Assembly (NCBI RefSeq): GCF_006345805.1
Contig: NC_043001.1
Span: 19,592,001 to 19,656,000 of the forward strand
Origin: Octopus sinensis
Lineage: Eukaryota
Direction of reading: 5' to 3'
DNA length: 64,000 nt
In this document: piece by piece, positions 50,369-63,980 of the stretch
How positions within the stretch are numbered: position 1 is the stretch's first letter
How the letters are laid out: every line of letters begins with the position of its first letter
Notes under the pieces: model-generated
Database searches by the model: none
What the model saw: the letters and a program-made list of their open reading frames with translations, nothing else
What the model was told of the DNA's origin: nothing
Position numbers and translations under genes: made by a program

Positions 50369-50863
50369 ATATATCTGTGTGTGTGTGTGTGTGTGTGGTG
50401 TGTGTGTATTATGTGAATATTATAGATGTATTGATCAAAAATGTGGTAGGAACGATGGTGCATTGGAGTGTGTTGTTTTATAAAGGAGTGACGACTGAAT
50501 GAAGTTGGCTTATATTCGAAGTGTTTTATGTAACAAAACTGGTTTATATAACGATTAAACTAGGTTATGCATTTATTAAACTAGGTTTTGCATTGTCTGT
50601 GTGAGATTACATTTTCACAGATCTTGTTTATTTAATACTGCTGTATAGAAGTATGTATGTCTATGAGAGACTGAGGTGAAAATAGGCAAGTTGTTCATCT
50701 ACAATATCCATATGAAGGGCACACAAGGTATGTGTGTGAGGGACGCACACTGTCAGTTATTGTTAAGCTTCAGGTCAACCCTGATTAAGTAAAAAAAAAC
50801 TGATCTGAGACTTTTCAACTGTGACTATCAGCCATTTTGTAAAGGGTACATAGGATTATATTA

Positions 50864-51185
50864 CTCTTTTACTCTTTTACTTGTTTCAGTCATTTGACTG
50901 CGGCCATGCTGGAGCACCGCCTTTAGTCAAGCAACTCGACCCCGGGACTTATTCTTTTGTAAGCCCAGTACTTATTCTATCGGTCTCTTTTGCCGAACCG
51001 CTAAGTAACGGGGACATAAACACACCAGCATCGGTTGTCAAGCAATGCTAGGGAGACAAACACACACACGCATATATATATATATATACGACGGGCTTCT
51101 TTCAGTTTCCGTCTACCAAATCCACTCACAAGGCTTTGGTCGGCCCGAGGCTATAGTAGAAGACACTTGCCCAAGATGCCACGTA
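50864..51185 (-). mobile_element. SINE-B
   Basis: Body and tail match. Confidence 0.8.
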
Positions 51186-51511
51186 TATGTATATATGTCT
51201 GTATAAGGAAAATAAGGCAAGGTAGAAAATGCTAAAATAATTTTATCATGGAGAACATTCTAGTACCGGTTTCAGTCTTTGTGACTTTTTCAACTTGGAG
51301 TAAAGCATGAAAAGCAATTAAATTGGGGAAAAATTAAATGAAATGTCTTTTTAAAATATTGTCCACAGTTTTCAAATGTAAGGGACATTTTCCTTTTTTC
51401 TGTCTGTCTATGTCTCTCTTTTTTAATCATGTGAGTTCTAGGTAGTGGGGCAGCACATATATGTATGTGTGTGTGCATGTATGTATATATATATATATAT
51501 ATATCATATAT

Positions 51512-51550
<39 letters not shown>

Positions 51551-51597
51551 TATATAATATATACATATATATATATATATATGTAAATATATATATG

Positions 51598-51830
51598 TGT
51601 ACAATTATTCGGTAGCTAAGATTAACAACTCTGAGTTTTGGATGCCGAGGTAGAAATCCACACCACCTCTCTTTGGTTATCTGGCCATCTGAAAAACCAA
51701 AGAGATACCACCTCGGTATCCAAAACTCAGAGTTTTATCTTAGCTACCAAATTATTGTCACATATTATATTTACAGATAAATTCCTCTATTTGCATAATA
51801 TTGAGGTCTCTTTCTTTCTTTTGTTATCTT
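51598..51830. mobile_element. Hairpin element (Penelope-terminal-repeat-like), degenerate copy
   Basis: Internal inverted repeat; the tail 51745-51830 is the reverse complement of 53283-53360. Confidence 0.55.
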
Positions 51831-51888
51831 ATCTTTTTTACCAATATATATATATACATAAAATTTAATCATGTACAATGTGTATATA

Positions 51889-53156
51889 CAGGGTGCAGAT
51901 GGTATTTGTTCACAATTTTCACTCACTTTTTTTTTTTTTACTTTTGTTGTTGGTCTTTTTCTTCTTAAAAACAATAATCATTTTTATTTTATCTTTTTGC
52001 AGAATAATTGACTATGGAAAATTTTAAACCCCACAATTTGTGGAAGAGGTGTGGATTCCAAGGAGGATGCCACACCAGAAGGACAAAGTGATTTCAGACT
52101 TTTTCAACATCTTCAGAAGGATGGTAGAAGTGGTCAGAAAAGAGCTGGACGATTCAGGATTCAACTACAAGTTCACAGCAAAGAGGAAAACCCATGATTG
52201 ACAATCTGACACCACCAGAACACCAGAATTCATTGCTGAAATCCAGGGGATCATCGACAATGATCTCAGCAAGTTGATGCATGCCATTGCACAGGAGAAT
52301 GGTGTGGATAAAAAGTCCATCAGGCTGGTGGTGCATGAGAACATTTGCAATTTTTCATACAAGATGAGGAAGGGTCAATTTCTGTCCAAACTAATGCAAG
52401 AAAAACAATTCAAGCACATCAAGAAACTGATCAACAAGTTGAAACACTCGGTAGAGCCAGTCATGCTGTGATTCTTCTCCAATGAGAAGAATTTCTGCCA
52501 AGACCAGAAAATCAACTCCCAGAACAACAGGTGGCTTGCTGCCTCACCCAAGGATGGACCTAGAGTCAAGCAGACAAAATTTCCAGGGACAATCATGGTC
52601 TTCAGTATCGTCAGCAGTAAAGGTGACATCTCCGAGAGCCTCAGGCTGAACACCAATGGCTTCATCCATGTCATGTGTGAGGTAGTGAAGCCCTGGATCA
52701 ACTAGGTAACTGCAAAGAGGCCATACACGTGGTAGCAAGACACTGTGCCGTGCCACACCAGTTGGAAAACCCAGGCCTGGCTGTCAGAAAATTTCTTTGA
52801 TCACACAACATGTGACATTTGGCCTCCCAACTCGCCTGGCTTCAATCCCTTCAACTTCTTTGTGTGGGACGTAGTGGAATGAAAGACCAACAAATCCAGC
52901 TGCAAAGGATGAGCTGAGGGTTAGGATTACCAGGGCCTTCAGGGGCCTAAAACAGAAGATAGTGACAAAGGCCTGTGGCTGGTTCCAAGGTCACCTGGAG
53001 ACTGTCATTGAAGGCAAGGCTGGCTCATTGAGCAAAACAAAATACGTCATGAAAACAAACTGACCCAATTTTGACAAATATATCTCAAAAAATATAAACA
53101 CTATTTCATTTTTTCCAGAGACAGTCATCATGCAAACAAATACAGTCTGCACTCTC
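51889..53156 (+). mobile_element. Near full-length decayed maT/ITm (DD37D-like) transposon
   Basis: TA-CAGGGTGCAGATGGTATTTG left TIR and a degenerate inverse copy at about 53132-53156. Disrupted transposase with FSNEKNF..NSQNNRW, W*QDTVPCHTS and WPPNSPGFNPFNFFVW motifs. Confidence 0.8.
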
Positions 53157-53235
53157 TCTCTGTCTGATTTAGCAATGTTTCTATAGCTGGATGCCCTTCC
53201 TAATACCAACCACTCCAGGCGTGTAATGTGTGGGC

Positions 53236-53271
<36 letters not shown>

Positions 53272-53282
53272 ATAGTAATGGT

Positions 53283-53546
53283 AGACAACAAAAGAATGAA
53301 AGAGACCTCGATATTATGTAAATAGAGGAATTTATCTGTAATATAATATGTGACAATTATTCGGTTACTATAATGAAACTCCGAGTTTCAGACGCCGGGG
53401 TGGAAACTTGCACCTGCATCTCTTCAGTTATCAAAGCAATCAAAATATGGTATGAAAACTGAAGAGATGCCGGTGCAGGTTTCTGCCCCGACATCCGAAA
53501 CTCAGAGTTTTATTATGGCAACCGAATAATTGTCACATATTATATT
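53283..53546. mobile_element. Hairpin element with CTGAAGA...GAAAC motifs on both strands
   Basis: Arms 53340-53430 / 53455-53546; same family as 51598, opposite orientation. Confidence 0.6.
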
Positions 53547-53548
53547 AC

Positions 53549-53581
<33 letters not shown>

Positions 53582-53639
53582 CACTATATTATTACTTTGA
53601 CATGCAGTGTAGATGTGAAATGCAATGGACCTGAAACAG

Positions 53640-53935
53640 TAATAAACTCCTTAAAATGTATGCAGTAGTTAAAAGGTCAATTTTTGTATGACACCAATAT
53701 TGCAGGATATACGCAACTGCTTAAAGAAGTCTTGAAGTTTCAATAGGTTTGACACTAATATCTAGTCACAACTGATGTCACTTTTACATAACGCTCCCAC
53801 ATTCTTGGCAGTTTTGTGGTTTCCATTTTCAGTTCAAAGTACTTGACAGTTGTTTCAACCTCTTTCCTAACAATACTCTTGTCATACGGTATGGCTATGT
53901 CAATGATCTAACACTGTATGTCTTTATCTTTCTTT
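53640..53935 (-). mobile_element. Relic of an RLE-type (R4/NeSL-like) non-LTR element, C-terminal endonuclease
   Basis: Manual translation IIDIAIPYDKSIVRKEVE..KYFEL..RMW..IQKL..TAYILR matches the PD-(D/E)xK region of such elements; contains stops. Confidence 0.55.
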
Positions 53936-54109
53936 ATTATTATTACTTGTGTGTGTGTGTGAAGGCACAATGCCTAGGGTAGAGTGCTTACAATCGCTAG
54001 ATCAGTGCCATTCATTTACGACTATCAGGCAATGTTGAGACAAGGAGACACAAATATACACCAACATAAACACAAACCCAAATGCATACAAACACATACA
54101 TGTGTGTGT

Positions 54110-54505
54110 GTATGTATTACTCTTTTACTCTTTTATTTGTTTCAGTCATTTGACTGCGGCCATGCTGGAGCACCGCCTTTAGTCGAGCAAATCGACCCCG
54201 GGACTTATTCTTTGTAAGCCCAGTACTTATTCTATCGGTCTCTTTTTTGCCGAACCACTAAGTAACAGGGACGTAAACACACCAGCATCGGTTGTCAAGC
54301 AATGCTAGGGGGACAAACACAGACACACAAACACACACATATACATATATACGGCAGGCTTCTTTCAGTTTCCGTCTACCAAATCCACTCACAAGGCATT
54401 GGTCGGCCCGGGGCTATAGCGGAAGACACTCGCCCAAGGTGCCACGCAGTGGGACTGAACCTGGAACCATGTGGTTGGTTAGCAAGCTACTTACCACACA
54501 GCCAC
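54110..54505 (-). mobile_element. SINE-B
   Basis: Full length. Confidence 0.8.
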
Positions 54506-54711
54506 GTGAGATATATATATCTCACATATATATATATATTTTTTATTTTTATAATTTGTATATATTTATTCTATTATAAATGCAAAACAACACGGAGGAA
54601 TCGATGTAAGCTTAAATAATAAACAGCTATAGATGAACCGTGATAGGTGAACTGCAATATGGTGAAGGATTATTGTGTGTGTATATATACATATATATAT
54701 ATATATATGTA

Positions 54712-55330
54712 TCATCATCATCATCGTTTAACGTCCGTTCTCCATGCTAGCATGGGTTGGACGGTTCGACCAGGGTTCTGGGAAGCCAGAAGGCTGCACC
54801 AGGCTCCAGTCTAATCTGGCAATGTTTCTACAGCTGGATGCCCTTCCTAACGCCAACCACTCCGTGAGTGTAGTGGGTGCTTTTTACGTGCCACCTGCAC
54901 AGGTGCCAGGCGGGGCTGGCAACGGCCACGGTCAGATTGGTGTATTTTATGTGCCACCGGCACGGAAGCCAGTCAAGGCGGTGCTGGCATCGGCCACGAG
55001 TCGGATAGTGCTTTTTACGTACCACCAGACCAGGGATCCTGGCTGGTTCAATTCGATTTCGATTTCGCTTGCCCCAACATGTCTTCACAAGCAAAGGGGG
55101 GTTGGCATGGGTGCCTGTCGTACGGTCGCATTGGAGTATTTTACATGCCACGGCACGAGTCGGATAGTGCTTTTTACGTACCACCACCAGGCCAGGGATC
55201 CTGGCTGGTTCAATTCGGTTTCGATTTCGATTGCCCCAACATGTCTTCGCAAGCATGGGGGGTTGGCATGGGTGTCTGTCGTCGGGTGAGGTTCTATATC
55301 GACTTCGCTTGCCTCAACCGGTCTTTGCGT
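54712..55330 (-). mobile_element. SINE-D with an internal duplication of about 155 bp
   Basis: Block ..ACGAGTCGGATAGTGC..GGCATGGGTG occurs twice. Confidence 0.75.
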
Positions 55331-55691
55331 CCAAGGGAGGAAAGGCATTCATAAGTGGGCTGGGCTCACTTGTCCTGCCTGGTCTTCTCACGTACAGAAT
55401 ATTTCCAAAGGTCTCGGTCGCTGGTCATTTCCTCAGTGAGGCCTAAAGTTCGATAGAGAGAGAGAGATAGAGAGAGAGAGATAGAGAGAGATGCAGCATG
55501 AAATTTTGTCAGTGAACAGGTCACGGTCTAAAAGCATGAAAATATTTTGACAAATTAATTTTAAATGTTGAAGTGAATCTAACGGTTTTTGTGTGTTTCT
55601 TAAATGGCTTATAAACACCTTCCACACTGCAATTGTTTTCGTTCCAGAACACGATCTCAGATCAGGTCACTTACTAGGCAAGTACATCTCC

Positions 55692-55756
<65 letters not shown>

Positions 55757-56062
55757 TATATCATATTGTAATTTATTTGTGTCAATTTTGGTACAAGGCC
55801 AGCAATTTGAGGGGAGGGGCAAGTCAATTACATAAACTTCAGTTCCTATTTTATCAACCCCAAAAGGATGATAGGCAAAAATCAACCTCGGCAGAATTTG
55901 AACCCAAAACAAAAGATGAATGAAATGCAGCTAAACATTTTGTCTAGCATACTGGTAATTCTGTCAGCTCCCCAATACATTTTTTTTTTTCCCTAGTTTC
56001 AGCTCAGAGGTGCAGCCATGCTGATGCACCGCCATTTTGTGCTACAGTTATTGCGATGAACC

Positions 56063-56730
56063 TCATCTAATATGTGGCACTTGGTGAAGAATGGAGTTTG
56101 ATGTAGCTACTCTCATTTGCACCTCTTGCCGTGAGGTAGGTTCATCTGGGACTCTTGACAGGAAGATGTCCAGCTTTGATTTAAAGACCCCTACATCTAC
56201 TTTGTGCAAGTTCCTCAGACTCTTTGGGAGAATATTAAAAAGCTGTGGGCCCTTGAAACCCAGGCTGTTGCAGAAGCTGGTCCTGAAGCGTGATGGCATT
56301 GCTGGGATCTTTGGCACTATGCAGTGTCGTCCCGTTCTAGCATTGGTGTAGCTTACAATGCCAAAATTTGGCACAATTCCTTCCAGGATCTTCCAGATAT
56401 ATATTACTGCATACCTCTCCCGTCTTCTCTCCAGGGAGTAGAGTCTTAGCTGTTACAACCTTTCCCAGTAGCTGAGCTGTTGCAAAGAGACGATCTTCTT
56501 TGTGAATCTTCTCTGGATTGCTTCAAGGTCCGCTGTTAATTTTACACTGGTGGGTGACCATAGCTGTGAGCAGTAATCCAGGCGACTGAGGACGAATGTC
56601 CGCCAGAGGACCATCATGGTTTCCTTATCTCTGGTTCTGAATGTTCTTAGGATCCACCCAGCCAGTCGTCTGCACTTTGTCGCCATCCTGGTAATGTGCA
56701 CTTGGAAAGAGGTATCATCACTCATGTCGA
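56063..56730 (-). mobile_element. CR1/L2-group LINE 3' fragment (different family)
   Basis: WILRTFRTRD..LWRTFVLSRLDYCSQLWSP..LEAIQRRFTK..LSYWERL..LYSLERRRERY..GPQLFNILPK. Confidence 0.85.
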
Positions 56731-57667
56731 TTGTATATATTAAAAGGTCTAAATGTAAACCCACCAAAGACTGACTCTATTGAAGTGTTCACATTTTAAT
56801 TAAAATCTCATTGCACGAAATATCACTTTTTCGGCCCAAAGCATTAAATAAACTAATAAAACAATGTTGCAAAAGTTTTTTTTTTCTAAATCACTCTAAA
56901 ATCTTGCTTAATTAAAAAAAAAAAAAAAAAAAAAACACTCTAAAAAAATCATTTCTGAATTTTCAATGATATTTTGTAATATGAAAGAAAGCATATATTC
57001 GTAACAAAAGAACTAAGTCCTGATATAATTAGTTAGCTTTACATAAGAGACTTGGCATTTATAAATACATGAGTTTCAATTTACTACATACGGTGGGATA
57101 AATGGTGCTGGAGGTACTCAAACTAATTGAATAACCATTAGCTTGTTTTTGTGTATGTGTAAGTGTGTGAGCATGTGTATGAGTGTGTATGTGTTCGAAT
57201 GTTCCCATCATTAAAATTACTGTAGAAGCCAAGGGAAGCTATTAACCTCTATGCATTTGTTTGACATGCTAGAAATAACAGCCACATTTCCCTCAAATGA
57301 CATGCTAGAAATAACAGCCACATTTCCCTCAAATACAACTTACCATTTTGAAAAGGAAAATATAAAGGATAATGTTATCATATATAGATATATATATATA
57401 TGTGTCTTTATGTTTGTGTTTCTCCCCCTCCCCCCCCCCCGATCACCACTTGACAACCAGTGTTGTAAATTAGCAGTTGAACAAAAAAAAAAATAAAAAG
57501 GCAGATAAAGTATTAGCCTTAAAAAAAAAAAGTACCGGAGTCAATTTGTTTGCCTAAACCCTTGAAGGCAATGCCACAGCATGGCAGCAGAAACAAGTAA
57601 AAGATAAGAGACAAATATTTATTTTTGGATAAGCAGTATGGTGTGTACTTTAATATTACTTTACACT

Positions 57668-58205
57668 AAGGTGGCAAGCTGGCACAATCATTAGCACACT
57701 GGGCAAAATGCTTAGCAGTATTTCATCTGTCATTATGTTCTGAGTTCAAGTTCCACTAAGGTTGACTTTGCCTTTCATCCTTTTCGGAGTTGGTGAAATA
57801 GGTAGCCATTGAACACTGGACTTGATGTAATCAACTTAACCAGTTAACTGAAATTTCTGGCTTTGTGCCAAAATTTGAACTAATATTACTTTACACTGTC
57901 GAGGCGCAATGGCCCAGTGGTTAGGGCAGCGGACTCGCGGTCAGAGGATCACAGTTTCGATTCCAGACCGGGCGTTGTGTGTGTTTATTGAGTGAAAACA
58001 CCTAAAGTTCCGGCAGGGGGTGGTGGCGACCCCTGTTGTATTCTTTCGCCCCAACTTTCTCTCTCACTCTTTCTTCCTGTTCCTTGAGTAACGCTGTGAT
58101 GGACTGGCGTCCCGTCCAGCTGGGGGGAACACATAGGTCACAAAAACCGGGGAAACCGGGCTCATGAGCCTGGCTAGGCTTGAAAAGGGCGCATAAAAAA
58201 GAAAT
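57668..58205 (+). mobile_element. Adjacent SINE-A (57668-57880) and SINE-C (57898-58205)
   Basis: Separated and flanked by three copies of ATTACTTTACACT. Confidence 0.75.
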
Positions 58206-60680
58206 AATAAATTACTTTACACTAGACTAGTCTCTCAAAATTTTTTGACCCATGAAACACTGAATAATGTGCTAAAAGTATTAAGACATAATAAAAAGCA
58301 ATTTGAAATTAGAGTCAAAATAAAACAGAAATGTCATTCAAAAGTTCACTTCAGAACAATGTAGGTCAGTGTTCCATTCCACTGTATGGCACATTGAGCA
58401 AGTGTCTTCTTCTGTGTTCTCATATTGACCAATAACCGGATGTGGTTTAGCAGACAGAAACCCATTGTATATGTGTGTATACATTAACAATGAAATTATT
58501 GTGTATAGTGCTCAGGTGCATTACAACTCATCAAAGGTGCATGTATAACACATTATGTACAAAAGTCAGGAAAGTGATCAGTGTATGAGTCATGATATAC
58601 ATGTGTGCATGTGTATGGAAGGGGTGGATATCAGGTGTAGTGTTGGTGAATTTCAGGGCGCATAGAGGTTAATTTGTTTGTATGTGTATGTTTATGTTTT
58701 TACATTGGCTTAAAACCGGGGTTTTTTTTTTTTTGTTTATGTTGTGTGTCTTGTAACTTAGCAGTTCAGCAAACAGGTTTAAATATAACAAGTATAAGGG
58801 TTGATATCACTGGCTAAATCCCTTAAATGTGATGCCCAAGCAAGGCTGCAGTCCAATGACTGAAACCAGTATTAGAAAAATAAAAGCACAAAAATATGGC
58901 AAAGCATTTTGTCGACCACTTTCTCAATGTCTGCAATCCATTTTTATGTTAGAACATCAGAATATCTTGCAGCATTTACTTTGGCTCTTCCTGTTCTAAG
59001 TTCAAATCCCATCAGAACAACTTAGTCTTCCATTTTTTTTTCAGGGTCAATAAAATAAAGTACCAGTCAAGTACTGAGATAGATGTAATCGACTTATCCT
59101 TCCCATTAAAATTGCTGGCTTTTGTCTAAATTATAAACAGCAGTATCCTACTGGAATTATAGGCGACATCATCTACCAGCAAAATACTGTTTTATAAGTA
59201 CTCGAGTTATTAACACAACATTCTAGCCAAGAAATTAGTTTTTAAGTGGTCATCTCACATACTAATAGTAGTAGTCAAATTTCCTTCAAATCACACACCA
59301 TCACACACCATAAAATAAAATTGGTAAGATACATTAAATAAACAACTACAGCATGGAAGATACATATTCGCCATTCCAAAAATACACAAAGACTTAACTT
59401 CACTTAAACATTTATTATTTGGTGTCAAAATTTTCATCACACCAACTATAACTTCGTCATTGACACAGTTCTATGACAGTGAAGATCATGGTACACACAC
59501 ACAAAAAAAAATAATAATAAATGCTTAAATTATGTTTTTTGTGTGTTTTTGAATGGCTGATATATTTTCAGTGCAGTAACTACTGCAACATTCGATCTCA
59601 GATCAAGACACTTGCTAAGCAAGTACATCTCCACATTAAATAATCTATGATATCTGACAAAGACAGAATCGTTACAGCTGGGATGACAAGACCAGTGTTG
59701 ATTTGGAGATTAAATAACAAATTAACACATTTTTGTAAAAAAACACCATTTTTGAATTTTTCGATGACATTTTGTAATGATACAAAATAAATCATATATT
59801 AGCCACAAAGGTCGAAACTCTTGACATTATCTGTTTGGTTTATAAGAGACTTGGCATTTATAAATACATGCACTTTAATTCCTTATATATAATGAAATAA
59901 ATGAAAGTCGTTAACTCTGGAAATACTCAAGCCGATTAAATAAATGCTATCTTATCGTGAGTGTGTGTGGTTGCACGCATGTGTGGAGATAATATTGTCT
60001 TGTTTGTGAAGAAAGCCAACTGCACAATATTTGAAAATGTTAATGATGGTATAATTGTATGTAGAAAGAGTTGTAATGCTTGCAACTATATGTTAACAAG
60101 GATGGGTAATCTCACTTAAAATGTCTCCACAGAGCAAGAAAATTACTGGCTTGTCCGGTGACTCACAAAGGACATTACATCAGATTATATTCTCCTCACA
60201 AAAATTACCACAGGAGACAAAGGTGGAAGCCAGTCTCTGTGTAGTAGTTTGATATGCTAGAAATAGTAGCTACGTCTCTCTCTCTCTCTCTCTCAAGTGC
60301 ATCCACCCATTTTGAAGAGGAAGGACACTTTAACTAATGCAGTTTTGAATACACAAATACTTGAGACAATGAGTGGATGATAATGGTTGGAACACCATCC
60401 GTCATGGTGTTAATTGGATCAAGGCTAACATGAGCTAAATAAGAGCAACCGACTGTCCTTCAGCACTCTCCAACCTTGAAAGAGAGACACGCACACTGGT
60501 TAATGTAGTCCGCGATACACTACGCCAGAAAACAAAACAGGACGTGAAACAAGATACCCTCTATGAAGTCACAACCTTCTTTCGAAAAATAGCCAAACCT
60601 AACTTAAATCATAACCTACCAGCTTAAACTCAGAAAATACACATAAGCGCAGGCATAGTTGTGTGGTAAGAAGCTTGCTT

Positions 60681-61089
60681 GGATCTTTTCGGTTTGAACG
60701 GCAGTTTTTTAAAATAATTTCCACGTAACTAAACACTTTTAAACTTCGTATACTGGTAGAATGTGTTTATAAAACATCTTTTTCTCTTGGCTTTATTGAG
60801 AAAATTCTATAGTTTGTAAGATATTTGTTGTTTTTTCTTCAATTTCTGTAATTTCAACCAATCAATGACGTCTATTCAGGTGAAAACATTCTGTGCCGTA
60901 TGAATATGTCCTTCGTTTAAGAAACAGATTGGGTTGTAAATATTACATTTCTGAAGAAGAAAAATACCCTTCCCCCACCCCTAACCCTAAAACATTGAAA
61001 TGCAATAGATCGATACTAGGGTCATAATTATGGGTGACAATTTCGTATGACACCGCTAGAAAAAACTGCCGTTCAAACCGAAAAGATCC
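60681..61089. mobile_element. hAT-type MITE, opposite orientation, nested in a SINE-B
   Basis: TIRs intact; perfect 8-bp TSD GCTTGCTT within the SINE-B head. Confidence 0.85.
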
Positions 61090-62289
61090 GCTTGCTTTTC
61101 AACCATATGGTTCTTGTCTCATTGCATGGCTCTTTGGACAAGTGTCTTCTACTATGCTCTATAGCTGATCAAAGCCTTATCGGTGGATTTGATAGACAGA
61201 AATTGAAAGAAACAAGTCATGACTCCTTCTTCTTCATCTTCTTCTTTTACATATCCTTCCTCTTAATTCCTCCTCCCCACATAATATCTGCCCTACTGGC
61301 TTCCTCTCGGTATAAGCACAAAAACAAAGTCTGGATGGCGCACAATGCGACAGCACACTTTTGAGGCAAGTCTGATGAAGTGCCTCTCTCGTGTCTAAAA
61401 CTACAAACATTACGTAAATTTTCACATCGAATTTTTGAAAGTAAATTGGTACAGAAAGTATAATTGACATAGAAACAATTGTAACGAATCATTAAAGATA
61501 TGTTAAAGAATGTTCTTTGTTTTCTAATTATTTTGATATACGTGTGTGTGTGTGTGTGTCCACCCTACAACTTGCCAACCAGTGTTGATATGTTTACGTC
61601 CCCGTAATTTAGCAGCTCCACAATAGAGACCGGTAGAATAAGTACCAGGCCTTAAAAAAAAATTAAGTACCGGGGTCGATTCATTCGACTAAAAATTCTT
61701 CAATGCCGTGCCCCAGCATGGCCGGAGTCTAATGAGTGAAACAATATAAAATATAAATTACATAATATAGTATTAGGTACCTAAAAAAGGAAATGGCCGT
61801 CATGGTCGGAACGCCTTTGGCCAGCCATATCATGGCTGACCTTGGGTCAAGTAAGAACAAAAACAATAAATAAGTCCATGGATTGAACGCCTTTCATTTA
61901 TAGGTCTACCAGATCAAAGCTGATCTGGGGCAAAACAAGGCAGGACGGTTACAGTTGGACTTCCTTTGCATTGTACTTCTACAGGATTAGGACTGACCTA
62001 GGGCTAAAAACTAGTAAATCTAGTGAAGTGCATGTAATAACTGGAATAAGAAATTACTATCCTGTCACCACGCATATTTCTTGTTTATGTAATAATGTCA
62101 CCAGAGATAATAAACAAGATAAACTTAAATACAACAGTAAAGTTCAATGATAACTTCAATTTCGGCTATTAACCAGTTTTAACTGTCAAGCAGAGATTTG
62201 CTGAATAAAGATTAACAAAAAAAAACTATCTGTCAAAAAGAGAGAATGCAGCTTTTCTTAGCGGCAGCATATGCGTGTATGTGCATAAT

Positions 62290-62530
62290 ATAATAATAAT
62301 AATAATTGTGTACAGTGCTCAGGTGCACTACAACTCATCTAAAGTGTTTATATAATCAGGTGTAGTTTCGGCGGATTTCGGAAAGCATGAGGGCCTTAAA
62401 GGATGCAGTGTCATGGCAGTCAACATCTGACGCAGGCAGTTTATTCCATGCTTCAGCAACTCTGAGCGTGAAAAAATGTTTCCGAAAGTCATGGGAGCTG
62501 TGTTGTTTTCTGACTTTGTAGGCATGTGTG
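62290..62530 (-). mobile_element. CR1 3' fragment
   Basis: AYKVRKQHSSHDFRKHFFTLRVAEAWNKLP. Further degenerate pieces lie at about 44395-44505 (+) and 58490-58670 (-). Confidence 0.75.
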
Positions 62531-62715
62531 TGTGAATATGTACGTATGTAACGCATATAGACTACATATAGTCATACATTCAGATATAACTGATATTTAT
62601 CAGGAGCAATAGAGTGAGTCAAGGATTGAGAGTTTCACGCTTTTGTACATATATCAAACATTTGATAAATGCTAATAACCTAAACTTTCGGCCTTTGAGT
62701 CCAATCTATTGCTTC

Positions 62716-63384
62716 GGATCTTTTCCTTTTGAACGGCACATATCAACACAATTTCTAGTTAATTAAACACTTTTAAACTTCGTATACTGGTAGAATGTGT
62801 TTATAAAACATTATTTTTTCTTGGCTTTATTGAGAAAATTCTATATGTTGTAACATATTTCGACTTTAATTTCGAGCATTTCGGCAATTTTAACCAATCG
62901 CTGACCTCCATTGACGTAAACAACATTCCGTGCTGTATGAATATGTCCCTCGTTTAAGAAATAAATTAGGTTTATTTACATTTGCGAAGAAAAAAAGATA
63001 CCGGATCTTTTTAGGTAACTAAAAAATTTTAAACTTCGTATACTGGTAGAATGTGTTTATAAAACATCTTTTTTCTCTTGGCTTTATTGAGAAAATTCTA
63101 TAGTTTGTAAGATATTTGTTGTTTTTTTTTCTTCAATTTCTGCAATTTCAACCAATCAGTGACGTCTATAGAGTTAAAAAGCATTCTGTGCCGTATGAAT
63201 ATGTCCCTCGTTTAAGAAACAGATTGGGTTTATTTACATTTCTGAAGAAAAAAAGATACCCTTCCCCCACCCCTAACCCTAAAAGATATTGAAATGCAAT
63301 AGATCGATTCTGGGGTCAAAATTATGGGTGACAATTTCATATAACACCGCTAGAAAAAAACTGCCGTTCAAACCGAAAAGATCC
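62716..63384. mobile_element. Two abutting truncated copies of the hAT MITE family
   Basis: A divergent copy (62716-63002) is followed by a copy with a shortened left TIR (63003) and an intact right TIR ending at 63384. Confidence 0.7.
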
Positions 63385-63713
63385 TCAACGACTTCAAAGG
63401 TTGCAAGACGCAACAAGAATTTTAGAAAAAATAAATAACTAAATGAGTGGAAATTGAACCGGTGAGTGTGTTAAATAATAAGGCACTAAAAGAGAATGAC
63501 TCTCCCCAGACAATAAAATATGTTTCAACACATGAATTCAGATAAAGAATCTTGCAAACCAAGTAAAAACGAAAAATATATATGTGTGTGTGTGTGTGTG
63601 TACACATATAATAATAATAATAATAATAATATAATAATAATAATAATAATAATAGGGGGTATAACTCCAAACTTACAGGGAAAAATTCAATTTAGTATTA
63701 AATCGAATTTCAC

Positions 63714-63980
63714 AATATAAATATATAAAATATAAATTAGTGATAAAACCACTATTATGCAATTCAAACAATGATAGACATAAACCAAAACATTAATAAC
63801 AAATAAAATATATTTTATAAAACATAACTAGATCACAAAAATATAAAAAGTATATTTGTAATCTAGTTATATGTTTTATAAAAAATATTTTTTATTTGTT
63901 ATGTTTTGGTCTATGTCCGTCATTGTTTGAATTGCATAATAGTGGTTTTATCTCTAATTTATATTTTATATATTTATATT
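63714..63980. repeat. AT-rich imperfect foldback
   Basis: About 125-bp inverted arms around a 15-nt spacer at 63841-63855. Confidence 0.8.

Noticed and set aside
57262-57333. Perfect 36-bp tandem duplication
   Set aside because: Real, but an ordinary slippage duplication within a degenerate repeat.
61372-61405. CTGATGAAG...CTAAAAC as another hammerhead
   Set aside because: The GAAA core is mutated and stems II and III do not pair.
62104-62170. Hydrophobic frame ending ..FILFIIS+G|gtgaca as gene B exon 1
   Set aside because: No in-frame ATG before an upstream stop, and a weak donor.
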